Source of the DNA: Candidatus Buchananbacteria bacterium | Lineage (GTDB): Bacteria; Patescibacteriota; Patescibacteriia; Buchananbacterales; UBA6539 | Direction: 5' to 3' | Assembly: GCA_013359225.1 (NCBI GenBank) | Contig: JABWCG010000002.1 | Location: 49,470-113,469, forward strand | Length of the DNA: 64,000 nt | Shown here: one piece after another, positions 1 through 9,259 of the stretch | How positions within the stretch are numbered: position 1 is the first letter of the stretch | Layout: every line of letters starts with the position of its first letter | Notes under the pieces: generated by a model | Databases searched by the model: none | What the model was told of the DNA's origin: nothing | The model's input: only the letters and a program-made list of their open reading frames with translations | Made by a program: the position numbers and the translations under genes

Positions 1-1
1 C

Positions 2-946
2 GCTTTGGCCGAAAAAGCTTTGCGACCGATGATGCCTGATAAAGAGGTTTTCCCGTATACTATTCGCGTTGTTTCAGAAGTTTTGGGCTCAAACGGATCA
101 TCGTCAATGGGCTCAACTTGTGGTTCTAGTTTGGCATTAATGGATGCTGGGGTACCAATTAAAAAGCCGGTAGCCGGCATTGCGATGGGTGTTGCTTCTG
201 ACGAAGAGGCTGGTAAGTTTAAGGTATTGACCGATTTGCAGGATTTGGAAGACGGCGTGGGCGGTATGGACTTTAAGATTGCCGGTACTGCCGACGGCAT
301 TACTGCTATTCAGCTTGATACGAAAACTAAAGGTTTACCGCTTGAAGTTGTAAAACAAACTCTTACCCAAGGCTTAAAAGCACGCTTGGAAATCTTGCAG
401 GTAATGAATAAGGCCATTAGTGAACCGCGAACAGAGCTGTCAAAATATGCACCGCGCATTATCAGTTTCAAGATTGATCCGGAAAAGATCCGCGAAGTCA
501 TTGGTCCGGGCGGTAAGGTGATTAATAAGATTATTGAAGAAACTGGTGTTCAAATTGATATTGAACAGGATGGTACCGTGATGGTAACGGCCATTGCTGG
601 ATCGGATTCGGACAAAGCGGTTGAATGGATTAAGAATATTGTTAAAGAGGTTGAGGTTGGTGAAATTTACACCGGTAAAGTTTCACGCATTCTTGATTTT
701 GGCGCCCTGGTTGACATCTTGCCTGGTCAGGATGGCATGGTGCACATTTCTGAAATTGCGCACTACCGTGTTGGCAAGGTTAGCGATGAGTTAAAGATTG
801 GTGATGAGGTAAAAGTAAAAGTCATTGGCATTGATGAAAAGGGGAGAGTTAACCTTTCAATTAAAGCTTTGAAAGAGCGGCCCGAAGGACAAGAAGATAC
901 TCATCAGTCTCGCGATCACAAAAAACCGTTTCGCAAAAGATTTTAA
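2..946 (+). CDS. pnp: polyribonucleotide nucleotidyltransferase (PNPase), C-terminal portion with KH and S1 domains; 5' end lies upstream of the window
   Basis: Translation shows the PNPase RNase-PH core end ([22 protein letters not shown]) followed by KH ([15 protein letters not shown]) and S1 ([33 protein letters not shown]) motifs. The ORF track entry starts at an in-frame TTG, so the true start is outside the window. Confidence 0.85.
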   Translation, partial: ALAEKALRPMMPDKEVFPYTIRVVSEVLGSNGSSSMGSTCGSSLALMDAGVPIKKPVAGIAMGVASDEEAGKFKVLTDLQDLEDGVGGMDFKIAGTADGITAIQLDTKTKGLPLEVVKQTLTQGLKARLEILQVMNKAISEPRTELSKYAPRIISFKIDPEKIREVIGPGGKVINKIIEETGVQIDIEQDGTVMVTAIAGSDSDKAVEWIKNIVKEVEVGEIYTGKVSRILDFGALVDILPGQDGMVHISEIAHYRVGKVSDELKIGDEVKVKVIGIDEKGRVNLSIKALKERPEGQEDTHQSRDHKKPFRKRF

Positions 947-962
947 GTAAAATCAAAACGTC

Positions 963-2381
963 ATGACAGACCCCTTCACTGATTATTCAGCCCCGCTTTC
1001 AGTGAACGAACATCGTTCACAAAAAAAGCATTGGTCTTGGTTGATTGGTGGAGGGGTTTTGTGTTTGGTTTTAGTGAGTTGCTTTTTCTGGTGGTGGTTA
1101 AAAAAAATAACTGTTGATCCATTTATAACATTGGCACCCATCGATTCAGTTTTTTATTTAACGGCTCGTGATTCTGTGATGCCGTGGGGAGCCGGCATCA
1201 CAGACATTCCAATCATTTCACTATTTTCTGATTTTAATTTGTTGGTTGATAAGTCAACAAGGGTATCGTATGTCTTAGTACCTAATTCATCAAATGGACT
1301 TGAACCAGTTTATTTTTTTCAGATTAATCATCTTACTGATTTAGAAAATGTCATTTCACAATTTCCGCATCATTATCAAGGCGACAATTATATAGTAATT
1401 GCCAAAAATCAGGAAACGCTTGATAAGATTCTTGAGGTGCAAAAAGCTAAAACCTTTTCTGCTTCAGTGGTAATTGAAAATCAATTTTCAAATCAGCAAG
1501 TTAGCTTTGTTTTGAGTAGCCATAATTTGAAACAGTATCTTAGTGCATATCCAGAATTACAGTATCGATTATTAGCAAAGTTAATCACAAAAGACATTGT
1601 CGGAGTTTTGAACCAAAAAAGTGATCAGTGGATTTTTGAAATTAAAAACAATATTGGCGGAACTTCAACTACGCCGATTATAACTTCTTTGCCCCAAGAC
1701 TTTAAGGTATTTTTTTCTGGGGTAAATCTTTTTGCGGTTTTTCAAAACTGGGGTGAGGCCGATTTGGGTATTGACGCTGCGTTTAAGCAGGTTGTGAATG
1801 GCTTGCTATCAGTTTATGATTTTGATGTGACTAGTTTGGTGACAAATATCATTAACCGTCCGGCAGATATTATTTTGTTTGATGCCGGCAGTAGCAACGT
1901 TTTTGGTTTTGATTTTATGATGGTGTTTGATTTAGTACCTGAAGCTGAATTGGCCGGGCTAGAAAAACTAGTTACAATTATTTTGGCTCAAAAATTTCCG
2001 CAAGAAGTCGTTCGAGTGTTGCCTGATCAGTCGGTTGTGACCGAATTAAAGGCTGAACCCGAATATTGGCAATGGCAAACTGAAGAAATCTCAACTAGTA
2101 GTGTTATCCATTACGTATCTGAACCAAGAGTTGATTTTAATTTTGCATACGCCGCGGTTGATGGTAAGGTTTTTGTTTCTAATTCGCCCGACCGCTTAAA
2201 ACAATTTATAAGCGGGCAACTATTGCCGCTTTCGGAACTGACAAATTGCGGAGTTGGTACTCATCAGGGTGGTTTGGCAGTTATTAATCGGGGTCAGAAA
2301 TTGTTTGATTACACGCTTGATCAGTATGTAGTGATGAACCAGTTAAATAGTCAGACAACAGTTGGCTGTTTTAGTTATTAA
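963..2381 (+). CDS. hypothetical membrane-anchored protein (single N-terminal TM helix, large extracytoplasmic domain)
   Basis: 472-aa ORF with a hydrophobic segment LIGGGVLCLVLVSCFFWWWL near the N-terminus; no motif recognised. Confidence 0.5.
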   Translation: MTDPFTDYSAPLSVNEHRSQKKHWSWLIGGGVLCLVLVSCFFWWWLKKITVDPFITLAPIDSVFYLTARDSVMPWGAGITDIPIISLFSDFNLLVDKSTRVSYVLVPNSSNGLEPVYFFQINHLTDLENVISQFPHHYQGDNYIVIAKNQETLDKILEVQKAKTFSASVVIENQFSNQQVSFVLSSHNLKQYLSAYPELQYRLLAKLITKDIVGVLNQKSDQWIFEIKNNIGGTSTTPIITSLPQDFKVFFSGVNLFAVFQNWGEADLGIDAAFKQVVNGLLSVYDFDVTSLVTNIINRPADIILFDAGSSNVFGFDFMMVFDLVPEAELAGLEKLVTIILAQKFPQEVVRVLPDQSVVTELKAEPEYWQWQTEEISTSSVIHYVSEPRVDFNFAYAAVDGKVFVSNSPDRLKQFISGQLLPLSELTNCGVGTHQGGLAVINRGQKLFDYTLDQYVVMNQLNSQTTVGCFSY

Positions 2382-2500
2382 CAGTGGGGTGTGGATAAAA
2401 TGTTAATAACAAAAAGTTAAATAAACAATATTATTTTTGGTTTGTAAAGGAAAGAATATTGCTAATTTAAAGCAATATTTTTATTTTTAGTCAAAAAAGA

Positions 2501-2529
2501 TTGACAAAGTGGTTTATCCGTGATATACT
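2501..2529 (+). promoter_or_regulatory. sigma70-type promoter (TTGACA-17 nt-TATACT)
   Basis: Exact consensus -35 TTGACA at 2501-2506, 17-nt spacer, -10 TATACT at 2524-2529; no ORF follows for about 400 nt. Confidence 0.45.
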
Positions 2530-2535
2530 AATTAT

Positions 2536-2918
2536 GTAAGTTGATTCAAGCCGCTATACATTGAAAACTTTAAAAAAGTTTCCCCAAAAAAGTATTTGGA
2601 GAAATTTTTTTCTTCTCTACTACTCTTCAACAAAGGGAGTGTAAATCTGACTACATTCCACAAAAACAAAAAGCAAAAATAGCGGTTGAAAGGACCCAAC
2701 AAAGAGAGTCCTAACCAAAGAGAGGTAGAGGAGCGCTTCAGTCAGTAGAAGCTATATTACCACTTAGTGGTTGATGCTTGTGCATTCAGTGGATAGAAAA
2801 TCAGATTAACTTGGTTTTCTGCCCACTGAGTGCTCATGCGACCGCTTAAGTGTTTCTAAGGCGCGGTCGCCATTTAACAATGTTATCATTGGGCGCTCTC
2901 CGCGCCTTCTTTTTTTTG
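2536..2918 (+). ncRNA. candidate structured non-coding RNA or long cis-regulatory leader ending in an intrinsic terminator
   Basis: About 380 nt with no substantial ORF, bounded by the consensus promoter and a GC stem (ggcgcgg 2860-2866 / ccgcgcc 2900-2906) plus U-run. Internal inverted repeats (cattcagtgg...ccactgagtg; gcgaccgc 2838-2845 / gcggtcgc 2863-2870). No RNase P, SRP or tmRNA signature motifs seen. Confidence 0.3.
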
Positions 2919-2977
2919 TTTGAGAGTCAATATTGACATCATTAGGCGTTGGGCTTATCATTAATATAATAAAATAT

Positions 2978-3349
2978 ATGGATTCAAAAACCATTGAGAC
3001 AATTAAGAATAATCTTGAGGCAGAAAAAAAGCGTTTGGAAATGGCGCTGGGAGATTTTGCGACTAAAGATGAAAGCCTGCCGGGAAACTATCGGTCTGAT
3101 TTTCCTGAATATGGAAATGATGAAGATGAAAATGCAAATGAGGTTGCAGAGTATAGTGACCGATTAAGTATTGAACACACATTGGAAACGCAGCTTCGTG
3201 ATGTTAAAAAAGCTCTAGACAGTATTGCTAAGGGTGGATATGGTGTTTGCAAGCACTGTGGTAAACCGATTGAAGAGCAGCGTTTGTTAATCCGCCCGAC
3301 GTCCACGTCGTGTGTTGAATGTAAAAAGAAATTAAAGGGCGAAGCGTAG
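2978..3349 (+). CDS. dksA: DksA/TraR family C4-type zinc-finger transcription factor
   Basis: C-terminal CKHC-x17-CVEC (CxxC-x17-CxxC) signature and coiled-coil-like N-terminal part. An ATG at 2978 sits just downstream of a TTGACA-17-TATCAT promoter (2933-2961); the track's TTG at 2933 is a less likely start. Confidence 0.65.
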   Translation: MDSKTIETIKNNLEAEKKRLEMALGDFATKDESLPGNYRSDFPEYGNDEDENANEVAEYSDRLSIEHTLETQLRDVKKALDSIAKGGYGVCKHCGKPIEEQRLLIRPTSTSCVECKKKLKGEA

Positions 3350-3808
3350 ATGTTTAAAAAATTATTTCCTTGGCTTGTTGTTGCTTTGATTTTATTTCTG
3401 GTTGATCGGTGGTTAAAGTATTGGTTTATCAAAAACCCTTCTGAAATTATCGGTGAGGGTTTTTTTGATGGTGTTAGTTTTAGCTTGGCGAAAAATGCCG
3501 GTATCGCGTTTGGTTTTGGCTTTAATCGTGTGGCTTTAATCGTAATAACAATTATTTTGATTCTGATTATGTTTCGATTGTTGATTAAATCGTTTCTGGA
3601 ACAGGAATTAACGCAAGTTGTTAGTTTCATCTTAATTATTGTAGGCGCGTTTTCTAATTTGTTTGATCGTATGCGGTTTGGGTTTGTGGTTGATTATATT
3701 GATGTTGCCTGGTTTACCGTTTTTAATCTTGCTGATGCTGCAATTACCATTGGCGTTGCCGTTCTGGTCATTGTTTCTTTTTTACATGCCAAGGCTGGAC
3801 AAAACTAA
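3350..3808 (+). CDS. lspA: lipoprotein signal peptidase II
   Basis: About 150 aa, four TM segments, motifs NAGIAFGFG and FNLADAAITIGV typical of LspA. Confidence 0.75.
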   Translation: MFKKLFPWLVVALILFLVDRWLKYWFIKNPSEIIGEGFFDGVSFSLAKNAGIAFGFGFNRVALIVITIILILIMFRLLIKSFLEQELTQVVSFILIIVGAFSNLFDRMRFGFVVDYIDVAWFTVFNLADAAITIGVAVLVIVSFLHAKAGQN

Positions 3809-3884
3809 AAAAATTTTTTAAACTGGTGTAAGACAAGTAAATAACCAATCAACATAGCGCACCTAATTATTGAGGTGTGTTTTT

Positions 3885-5402
3885 ATGTCCGCCAAAGTTT
3901 ATTCCGCCGCTGTTCTCGGTTTGAATTGTGAACTGGTTGAAGTTGAAGCTGATTTAAGCCCGGCGTTGCCCGGTATTTTTGTAGTCGGTTTGCCCGATAA
4001 GGCGGTTGATGAATCGCGTGAGCGGGTCAGATCCGCAATTAAAAATTCCAGTTTGTTGATGCCACGCGGTAAAGTGACAATTAATCTCGCTCCGGCTGAC
4101 TTGAAAAAAGAAGGTCCGTCGTATGATCTGCCGATCGCCGTAAGTATTTTATTGGCGTCAAATCAAATTAAATTGGACGAAGCCCAGCAGAAACTGTTTG
4201 TCGGTGAGCTAGCCTTGGACGGCAACTTGCGGCCAATTAACGGAGTTTTGGCGATTTGTCTTTTTGCAAAAAAGCATGCCATTAAAGAGATATATTTACC
4301 AGCCGCTAATGTTAAAGAGGCAAGCCTAGTATCGGGGTTGAATTTATATGGTTGTCAGAGTTTGAAACAGTTAGTGAACCATTTTCGTCGAGAGGAAACG
4401 ATTAAACAGTATATTGCTGGTGCGTCCTCATCTCCGGAGTTACACAATTCATCCTATGATATGGCGTACGTTAAGGGCCAACAACACGTTAAGCGCGCTT
4501 TAGAGATTGCGGCTGCTGGCGGCCACAATATTCTTATGAGCGGCCCGCCTGGTTCTGGCAAGACGCTTTTAGCAAAGAGTATGACAACAATTTTGCCGGC
4601 GATGACTAAAGATGAAGCCTTAGACGTAACTATGATTTACAGTGTGGCCGGGTTATTGTCACCCGCCACCCCATTGGTGACTATTCGGCCGTTTCGTAGT
4701 CCGCATCATACAGCTTCCGGCGTGGCACTGGTGGGCGGCGGCACTTGGCCGCGGCCGGGTGAAATATCATTAGCACATCGCGGAGTGTTGTTTCTGGATG
4801 AATTTCCCGAATTCTCACGAAGCGTGTTGGAAAATTTGCGCCAGCCGCTAGAGGATGGCGTGATTTCAGTTTCACGAGCCGCCGGGACACTGCAGTTTCC
4901 GGCTCAGTTTATGCTGGTTGCGGCGATGAATCCTTGTCCGTGCGGCTATTTAAATGACCCTGAACATCAGTGTATTTGTTCGCCGTCGCAGATTATCAAT
5001 TATCAAAAAAAGATTTCCGGCCCGCTGCTTGACCGTATTGATTTGCACGTTGAGGTACCAAAAGTAAAATTTGATAAATTGACTCAAAATGTTTTATCAG
5101 AACCTTCTTCGGCGATTCGTCAGCGGGTTGAAGCGGCACGGCGCGTGGCACAACAACGGTTTAAAGATATGGCGATTATTACGAACGCTGAAATGAGTTC
5201 ACGCCTGGCAAAAGAATTTTGCACGGTTGATGATGAGACGCTAAATTTGTTGCGCCAGGCAGTCGATCAGCTTAGCCTGTCAACCCGATCATATTTTCGG
5301 ATTCTTAAATTGTCGCGCACTATTGCCGATTTGGCTGGTGAAAAAGATATTAAATTAGAACATGTAGCTGAGGCATTACAATATCGGCCAAAGATTGAAT
5401 AG
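3885..5402 (+). CDS. comM: YifB/ComM family Mg-chelatase-like AAA+ ATPase
   Basis: N-terminal Lon-like domain, Walker A GPPGSGKTLLAK, Walker B VLFLDEFPEF, C-terminal ComM-type domain. GAGGTG RBS precedes the ATG at 3885; the track ORF begins 15 nt earlier. Confidence 0.8.
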   Translation: MSAKVYSAAVLGLNCELVEVEADLSPALPGIFVVGLPDKAVDESRERVRSAIKNSSLLMPRGKVTINLAPADLKKEGPSYDLPIAVSILLASNQIKLDEAQQKLFVGELALDGNLRPINGVLAICLFAKKHAIKEIYLPAANVKEASLVSGLNLYGCQSLKQLVNHFRREETIKQYIAGASSSPELHNSSYDMAYVKGQQHVKRALEIAAAGGHNILMSGPPGSGKTLLAKSMTTILPAMTKDEALDVTMIYSVAGLLSPATPLVTIRPFRSPHHTASGVALVGGGTWPRPGEISLAHRGVLFLDEFPEFSRSVLENLRQPLEDGVISVSRAAGTLQFPAQFMLVAAMNPCPCGYLNDPEHQCICSPSQIINYQKKISGPLLDRIDLHVEVPKVKFDKLTQNVLSEPSSAIRQRVEAARRVAQQRFKDMAIITNAEMSSRLAKEFCTVDDETLNLLRQAVDQLSLSTRSYFRILKLSRTIADLAGEKDIKLEHVAEALQYRPKIE

Positions 5403-5491
5403 ATTGACAGAAAATCCATAGTGTATTACATTTTTTGTTACATTGATGTTTTGGTGTTCTTTTTCGCTGCAACCCTGAAAGGATTGGTGCC

Positions 5492-5809
5492 ATGCCTAAG
5501 AAAACGGTATGCGAGTGGTTTATCAAGCCGCTTGACGATTTTACCAACGAAGCCATTGCCCGCCTGATGGCTGATCGCTGTGAGTCAGACGTCAGCAGCT
5601 TGAATTTTTCCTTGGTGGATAATCAAGGCGAAAGCCATGATGTGTGGAGCGTTGACTATCCTGTGGTGGCAACGTTTCAAAGATCAAAACAACCAGTCCG
5701 GTTTAAGGTTTTTACCCGCGAGGGCAGATCCTCTCCGCTCCGGCCGTGGAAGTTTGGCGTTCGTCGTCGGCAGGTGAAGCCAAAAGTCCATAAGAGGGCT
5801 GTGTCGTGA
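5492..5809 (+). CDS. hypothetical small basic protein
   Basis: 105-aa ORF followed by a hairpin terminator (cccattcaagtttgaatggg + T-run about 5836-5862); no recognisable motif. Confidence 0.35.
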   Translation: MPKKTVCEWFIKPLDDFTNEAIARLMADRCESDVSSLNFSLVDNQGESHDVWSVDYPVVATFQRSKQPVRFKVFTREGRSSPLRPWKFGVRRRQVKPKVHKRAVS

Positions 5810-5933
5810 GACGCGACGATGTTGCCGTTATGGCTCGTCTTCCCATTCAAGTTTGAATGGGTTTTTCTTTATTTGGGCTTTGGCTAGACTTATTGGGATA
5901 AAAGTATTATTATAACAATGCTTTATTAATATT

Positions 5934-6488
5934 TTGATCATGAAAAATAATTTAAAGATAGCCCTTGGGGGCATTGGCGAAGTGTTTACCAAGCCTTTAT
6001 ATTTGCTATTAGCTGCTGGTATTACTCTGATATTATTTTTAGCCGGGATGTGGTTTAATAATTATGGTCTTCTTGGGCAAATTTTGTTCTCCGGAACCTA
6101 CGGAGCTACTGCTAAACTGAAAATATTCTTTAGCTCTTTTCAGATTTTATTGACTAATTATGATATTATTGATCAGTTTTTAATTGTTTTACTGTCTTTA
6201 TTAATAGGAATAAATGTTTCGTTGCAGGCGTATTATTTTAGGAAGCGTGCAACGTTACAAAAAATCGCTGGGGGCAGTTTGCTGGGGGCAGTGCTTGGGT
6301 TTTTGGGTGTCGGATGCGCGTCGTGTGGTTCAATTGTTGTTACGTCGTTATTCGGTTTTTCGGCATCAGCCGGCTTTTTGGGGGTGTTGCCCTTTGGTGG
6401 GCTGGAGTTTGGGATCGTTGGATTTTTGATTTTACTCATTTCTACGTACTTAATAGCTAAAAAAATCAACTCGCCGTTGATTTGCTGA
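5934..6488 (+). CDS. integral membrane protein with intramembrane CxxC (GVGCASCGS)
   Basis: 184 aa, 5-6 hydrophobic helices, CASC motif inside a predicted TM; lies immediately upstream of a thioredoxin-CcdA fusion gene. Confidence 0.5.
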   Translation: MIMKNNLKIALGGIGEVFTKPLYLLLAAGITLILFLAGMWFNNYGLLGQILFSGTYGATAKLKIFFSSFQILLTNYDIIDQFLIVLLSLLIGINVSLQAYYFRKRATLQKIAGGSLLGAVLGFLGVGCASCGSIVVTSLFGFSASAGFLGVLPFGGLEFGIVGFLILLISTYLIAKKINSPLIC

Positions 6489-6497
6489 TAAAATCTT

Positions 6498-7733
6498 ATG
6501 TTTAAAAAATTTTTATTTATCGTTTCGCTTGTAGTTATTGCAACGCTTGGTATTTTACCAACAATGCTATCCGCTCAAGTTCAACCTGTAGACAAGGTGA
6601 CCATTGAAGTCTTTGAACGGTTGGAATGTACGCATTGCCAGAACGAAAAAGCATTTTTGACCGATCTAGCTTCGCGCCGCGACGATTTTGTTGTTAATTT
6701 TTATGACATCGCCGAAACTCAAAATCGTGATAATTGGGTTAGACTTGCCGAGTTAAAGGGTTTACCGAAAGTAACGCCAATTACCATTATTGGTACTACT
6801 GTTATTCAGGGTTTTGACCAGCCTGAAACAACCGGACGCTATTTTGAACAGTTGATTGATGATAATAAGACGAAGCCGCGTCTTACTTTAGAAGAATTTT
6901 TAAATCAAGGTGCATCGGGGGAAGTGCAGAAAGCCAATGAGGGGTGCGACGAACACTCGGACACTTGCAGCATCGGCTCTAGTGCCGTGCCTCTTTTTGT
7001 GAGCTTGCCGTTTATCGGCCCTATTGATGTTGAAGGTTTTTCGCTCGGCGGCCTCTCGATGGTGTTGGGGTTTGTTGACGGGTTTAATCCATGTGCCATG
7101 TGGGTTTTGGTTACTTTTTTGATTGTGCTAGCACAGGTTGGTGATCGCCGTCGGATGTGGCAAGTTGCCGGGCTGTTTATTGTGGCTGAAGCAATCATGT
7201 ATTATTTGATATTAAATGTTTGGTTTACGGCTTGGGATTTTGTCGGTCTGGACGGTGTTATTACTCCACTCGTTGGTTTGGTTGCGATTGGCGGAGGTAT
7301 TTTCTTTTTGTATGAATGGCGTAAATCTGACGGAACTTGCAAGGTAACTAACTACGAGCAGCGTTCCAAGACCTCGCGAAAAATCCGTGATTTGGTTTCG
7401 CAACCGTTTACTATTTTGACTGTTGTGGGCGTTATTGCTTTGGCATTTTCAGTTAATATTATTGAATTTGCCTGTTCAATTGGCATTCCTCAGGCATATA
7501 CCAAAATTATTGAGCTTAACAATCCCGGATTTTGGCTGACGCAGTGGTTTATGGGGCTCTACATTTTGTTTTATATGGTTGATGATTTAATTGTTTTTGG
7601 TATTGCGTTGTACAGCTTTGAAAAAATTGGACTTACGACTAAATATTCCAAATGGTCTAATCTAGTTGGCGGTATATTGATGATCATGTTGGGGTTGATT
7701 TTGATATTTAAGCGCAGCTGGCTGGTTTTTTAG
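6498..7733 (+). CDS. thiol:disulfide oxidoreductase: secreted thioredoxin-fold domain (CTHC) fused to a CcdA/DsbD-like transmembrane domain
   Basis: Signal peptide, ERLECTHCQNEKAFL thioredoxin/DsbA-like CxxC, then multi-TM domain with FNPCAMW and EFACSIGIPQ (the two conserved TM cysteines of the CcdA/DsbD family). Confidence 0.55.
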   Translation: MFKKFLFIVSLVVIATLGILPTMLSAQVQPVDKVTIEVFERLECTHCQNEKAFLTDLASRRDDFVVNFYDIAETQNRDNWVRLAELKGLPKVTPITIIGTTVIQGFDQPETTGRYFEQLIDDNKTKPRLTLEEFLNQGASGEVQKANEGCDEHSDTCSIGSSAVPLFVSLPFIGPIDVEGFSLGGLSMVLGFVDGFNPCAMWVLVTFLIVLAQVGDRRRMWQVAGLFIVAEAIMYYLILNVWFTAWDFVGLDGVITPLVGLVAIGGGIFFLYEWRKSDGTCKVTNYEQRSKTSRKIRDLVSQPFTILTVVGVIALAFSVNIIEFACSIGIPQAYTKIIELNNPGFWLTQWFMGLYILFYMVDDLIVFGIALYSFEKIGLTTKYSKWSNLVGGILMIMLGLILIFKRSWLVF

Positions 7734-7743
7734 TTAAGCAATC

Positions 7744-7779
7744 AAAAAAACACCCGGAAATAAACCGGGTGTTTTTTTA
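7744..7779. terminator. bidirectional intrinsic terminator
   Basis: aaaaaaa-cacccgg-aaataaa-ccgggtg-ttttttt hairpin flanked by A- and T-runs between convergent genes. Confidence 0.6.
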
Positions 7780-7784
7780 TTTTG

Positions 7785-9026
7785 TTACTGAACGTAGTAG
7801 AGCGGATTTTTTCTGGCGCCGCCAACCCGAACCTCAAAGTGATTATGTGGTCCAGTGGATCGTCCAGTTGAACCTTCAGCTGCAATAACATCTCCCTTAC
7901 TGACGGCGTCACCAACCTTAACATACAGTTTGCTTAAATGGCCATAGAGTGTTTGAGTGCCATTACCATGGTCAATAATAATATAAGTTCCGTAGCCACC
8001 ATTCCAGCCGCTCTGGGCGGTGATTACCTTTCCAGAGTCAGCGGCATAAATGTCAGACCCAAGCGGACAGGCAATGTCGACGCCAGAGTGACGTAGACGG
8101 AAGTATTGGGTAATGCGGCGGCAGGTTGAGGGCCACTGCATTTTGCCGGTGGCAACTACCTTTGGTTGGCTAGTGGCAGGTGTTGGTGCGGTAAAACTGC
8201 GGAATGTGTACGTTGGAGCAGTTTCAATTTTTTTGCCGCCAGGAATCATTAGTTGTTCGCCAACTGTTAGATCATCAGCGGAAGCTAATTTATTGAATTC
8301 AATAATATCGTCGGACTCTACACCGTACGTTTTGGCAATTTTTGCCAGCGTGTCGCCTCTGGCGACTTTGTGTCGAATGCCCGCGGTCGGCAAAATGGTT
8401 AATTTGTCGCCAGGACGGATTAGGCTGTAGGCAGTAAGATTATTTTCCCACAAAATGGTACTGGCCGTGATGCCGAACTTTTCGGCAATTTCTGAAATAG
8501 TATCTCCTTGTTGAATAGTGTAATAGACAATTTTATCACGTTGGCGAAGTTCTTGTTCGAGCGGAGACAAAATTGGGCTGATGACAGCGCTGTCGCCGGC
8601 AACAGTCGGCGGCAATACATCGTCGGCTGAGCCGTTATCTGCGAGGGTTGGTGAAGCTTCAACGCCGGTTTCACCAAGATAGCGAGTGACTTTGCCGCTG
8701 GTAACTAGCGGTCCTTCTTCTTCAACAATGCCCAGGTCCTGGTCGCTGACTAATTGAGCAACGATGCTAGTCTGGCCGTATTCGGACCGACGGGTTTCAT
8801 AGGCATTAAGGTTGGCGGCGAGCGTTAAGATGGAAATGACAATGATAATTGTATGGGTGAGATATCGTCGTGAAAACGGATGAATGAGGTGATGTCTGAT
8901 TTTTTGCGGAGCGTAAAATTTATTAAAAATTTTTTTAAATACGGAATAGATTTTGTAAACCGGTAAAATCAGCTTTAAGAAGAAAAACCGCCCAATGGTT
9001 CCAAGCGGTTTGGCAAGCCGGCGCAA
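7785..9026 (-). CDS. LysM-domain M23 family metallopeptidase (cell-wall hydrolase)
   Basis: N-terminal TM, two LysM-like segments (DTISEIAEKFGI; DTLAKIAKTYGV), C-terminal M23 motifs HSGVDIA and GSTGRSTGPHNHFEV. The true start may be downstream of the track start. Confidence 0.8.
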   Translation of the reverse strand: MRRLAKPLGTIGRFFFLKLILPVYKIYSVFKKIFNKFYAPQKIRHHLIHPFSRRYLTHTIIIVISILTLAANLNAYETRRSEYGQTSIVAQLVSDQDLGIVEEEGPLVTSGKVTRYLGETGVEASPTLADNGSADDVLPPTVAGDSAVISPILSPLEQELRQRDKIVYYTIQQGDTISEIAEKFGITASTILWENNLTAYSLIRPGDKLTILPTAGIRHKVARGDTLAKIAKTYGVESDDIIEFNKLASADDLTVGEQLMIPGGKKIETAPTYTFRSFTAPTPATSQPKVVATGKMQWPSTCRRITQYFRLRHSGVDIACPLGSDIYAADSGKVITAQSGWNGGYGTYIIIDHGNGTQTLYGHLSKLYVKVGDAVSKGDVIAAEGSTGRSTGPHNHFEVRVGGARKNPLYYVQ

Positions 9027-9259
9027 AAATCGGGGAGATTTTTCTTTGATCGCCGCCAGGGTTCGGACGCTGCTGGCTAAGGCTTTGATTGCAATAATTT
9101 TTAACTTATCGCCGATATAGTTAGTTGTTAATTTTAAGCAAAAATTTAAACAAATAACATATATATAAATACCATATTAACCATCTCAATGTCAATTGAT
9201 AAAGTGGGGTAATTGTGGTAAATTGAGAGTGTTAAAATTAAAAAAATTAAAGTAAATTT

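Noticed and set aside
2536-2918. RNase P RNA, SRP RNA or tmRNA identity for the non-coding unit upstream of dksA
   Set aside because: No GGAAAGUCCGG / ACAGAAxCCGGCUUA (RNase P), no GUCAGGUCCGGAAGGAAGCAGC (SRP) and no tRNA-like ends. tmRNA is found elsewhere at 56859-57251. It is kept only as an unclassified structured RNA.
3088-3630. 180-aa minus-strand ORF overlapping dksA and lspA
   Set aside because: Antisense to two recognisable genes; low-complexity translation.
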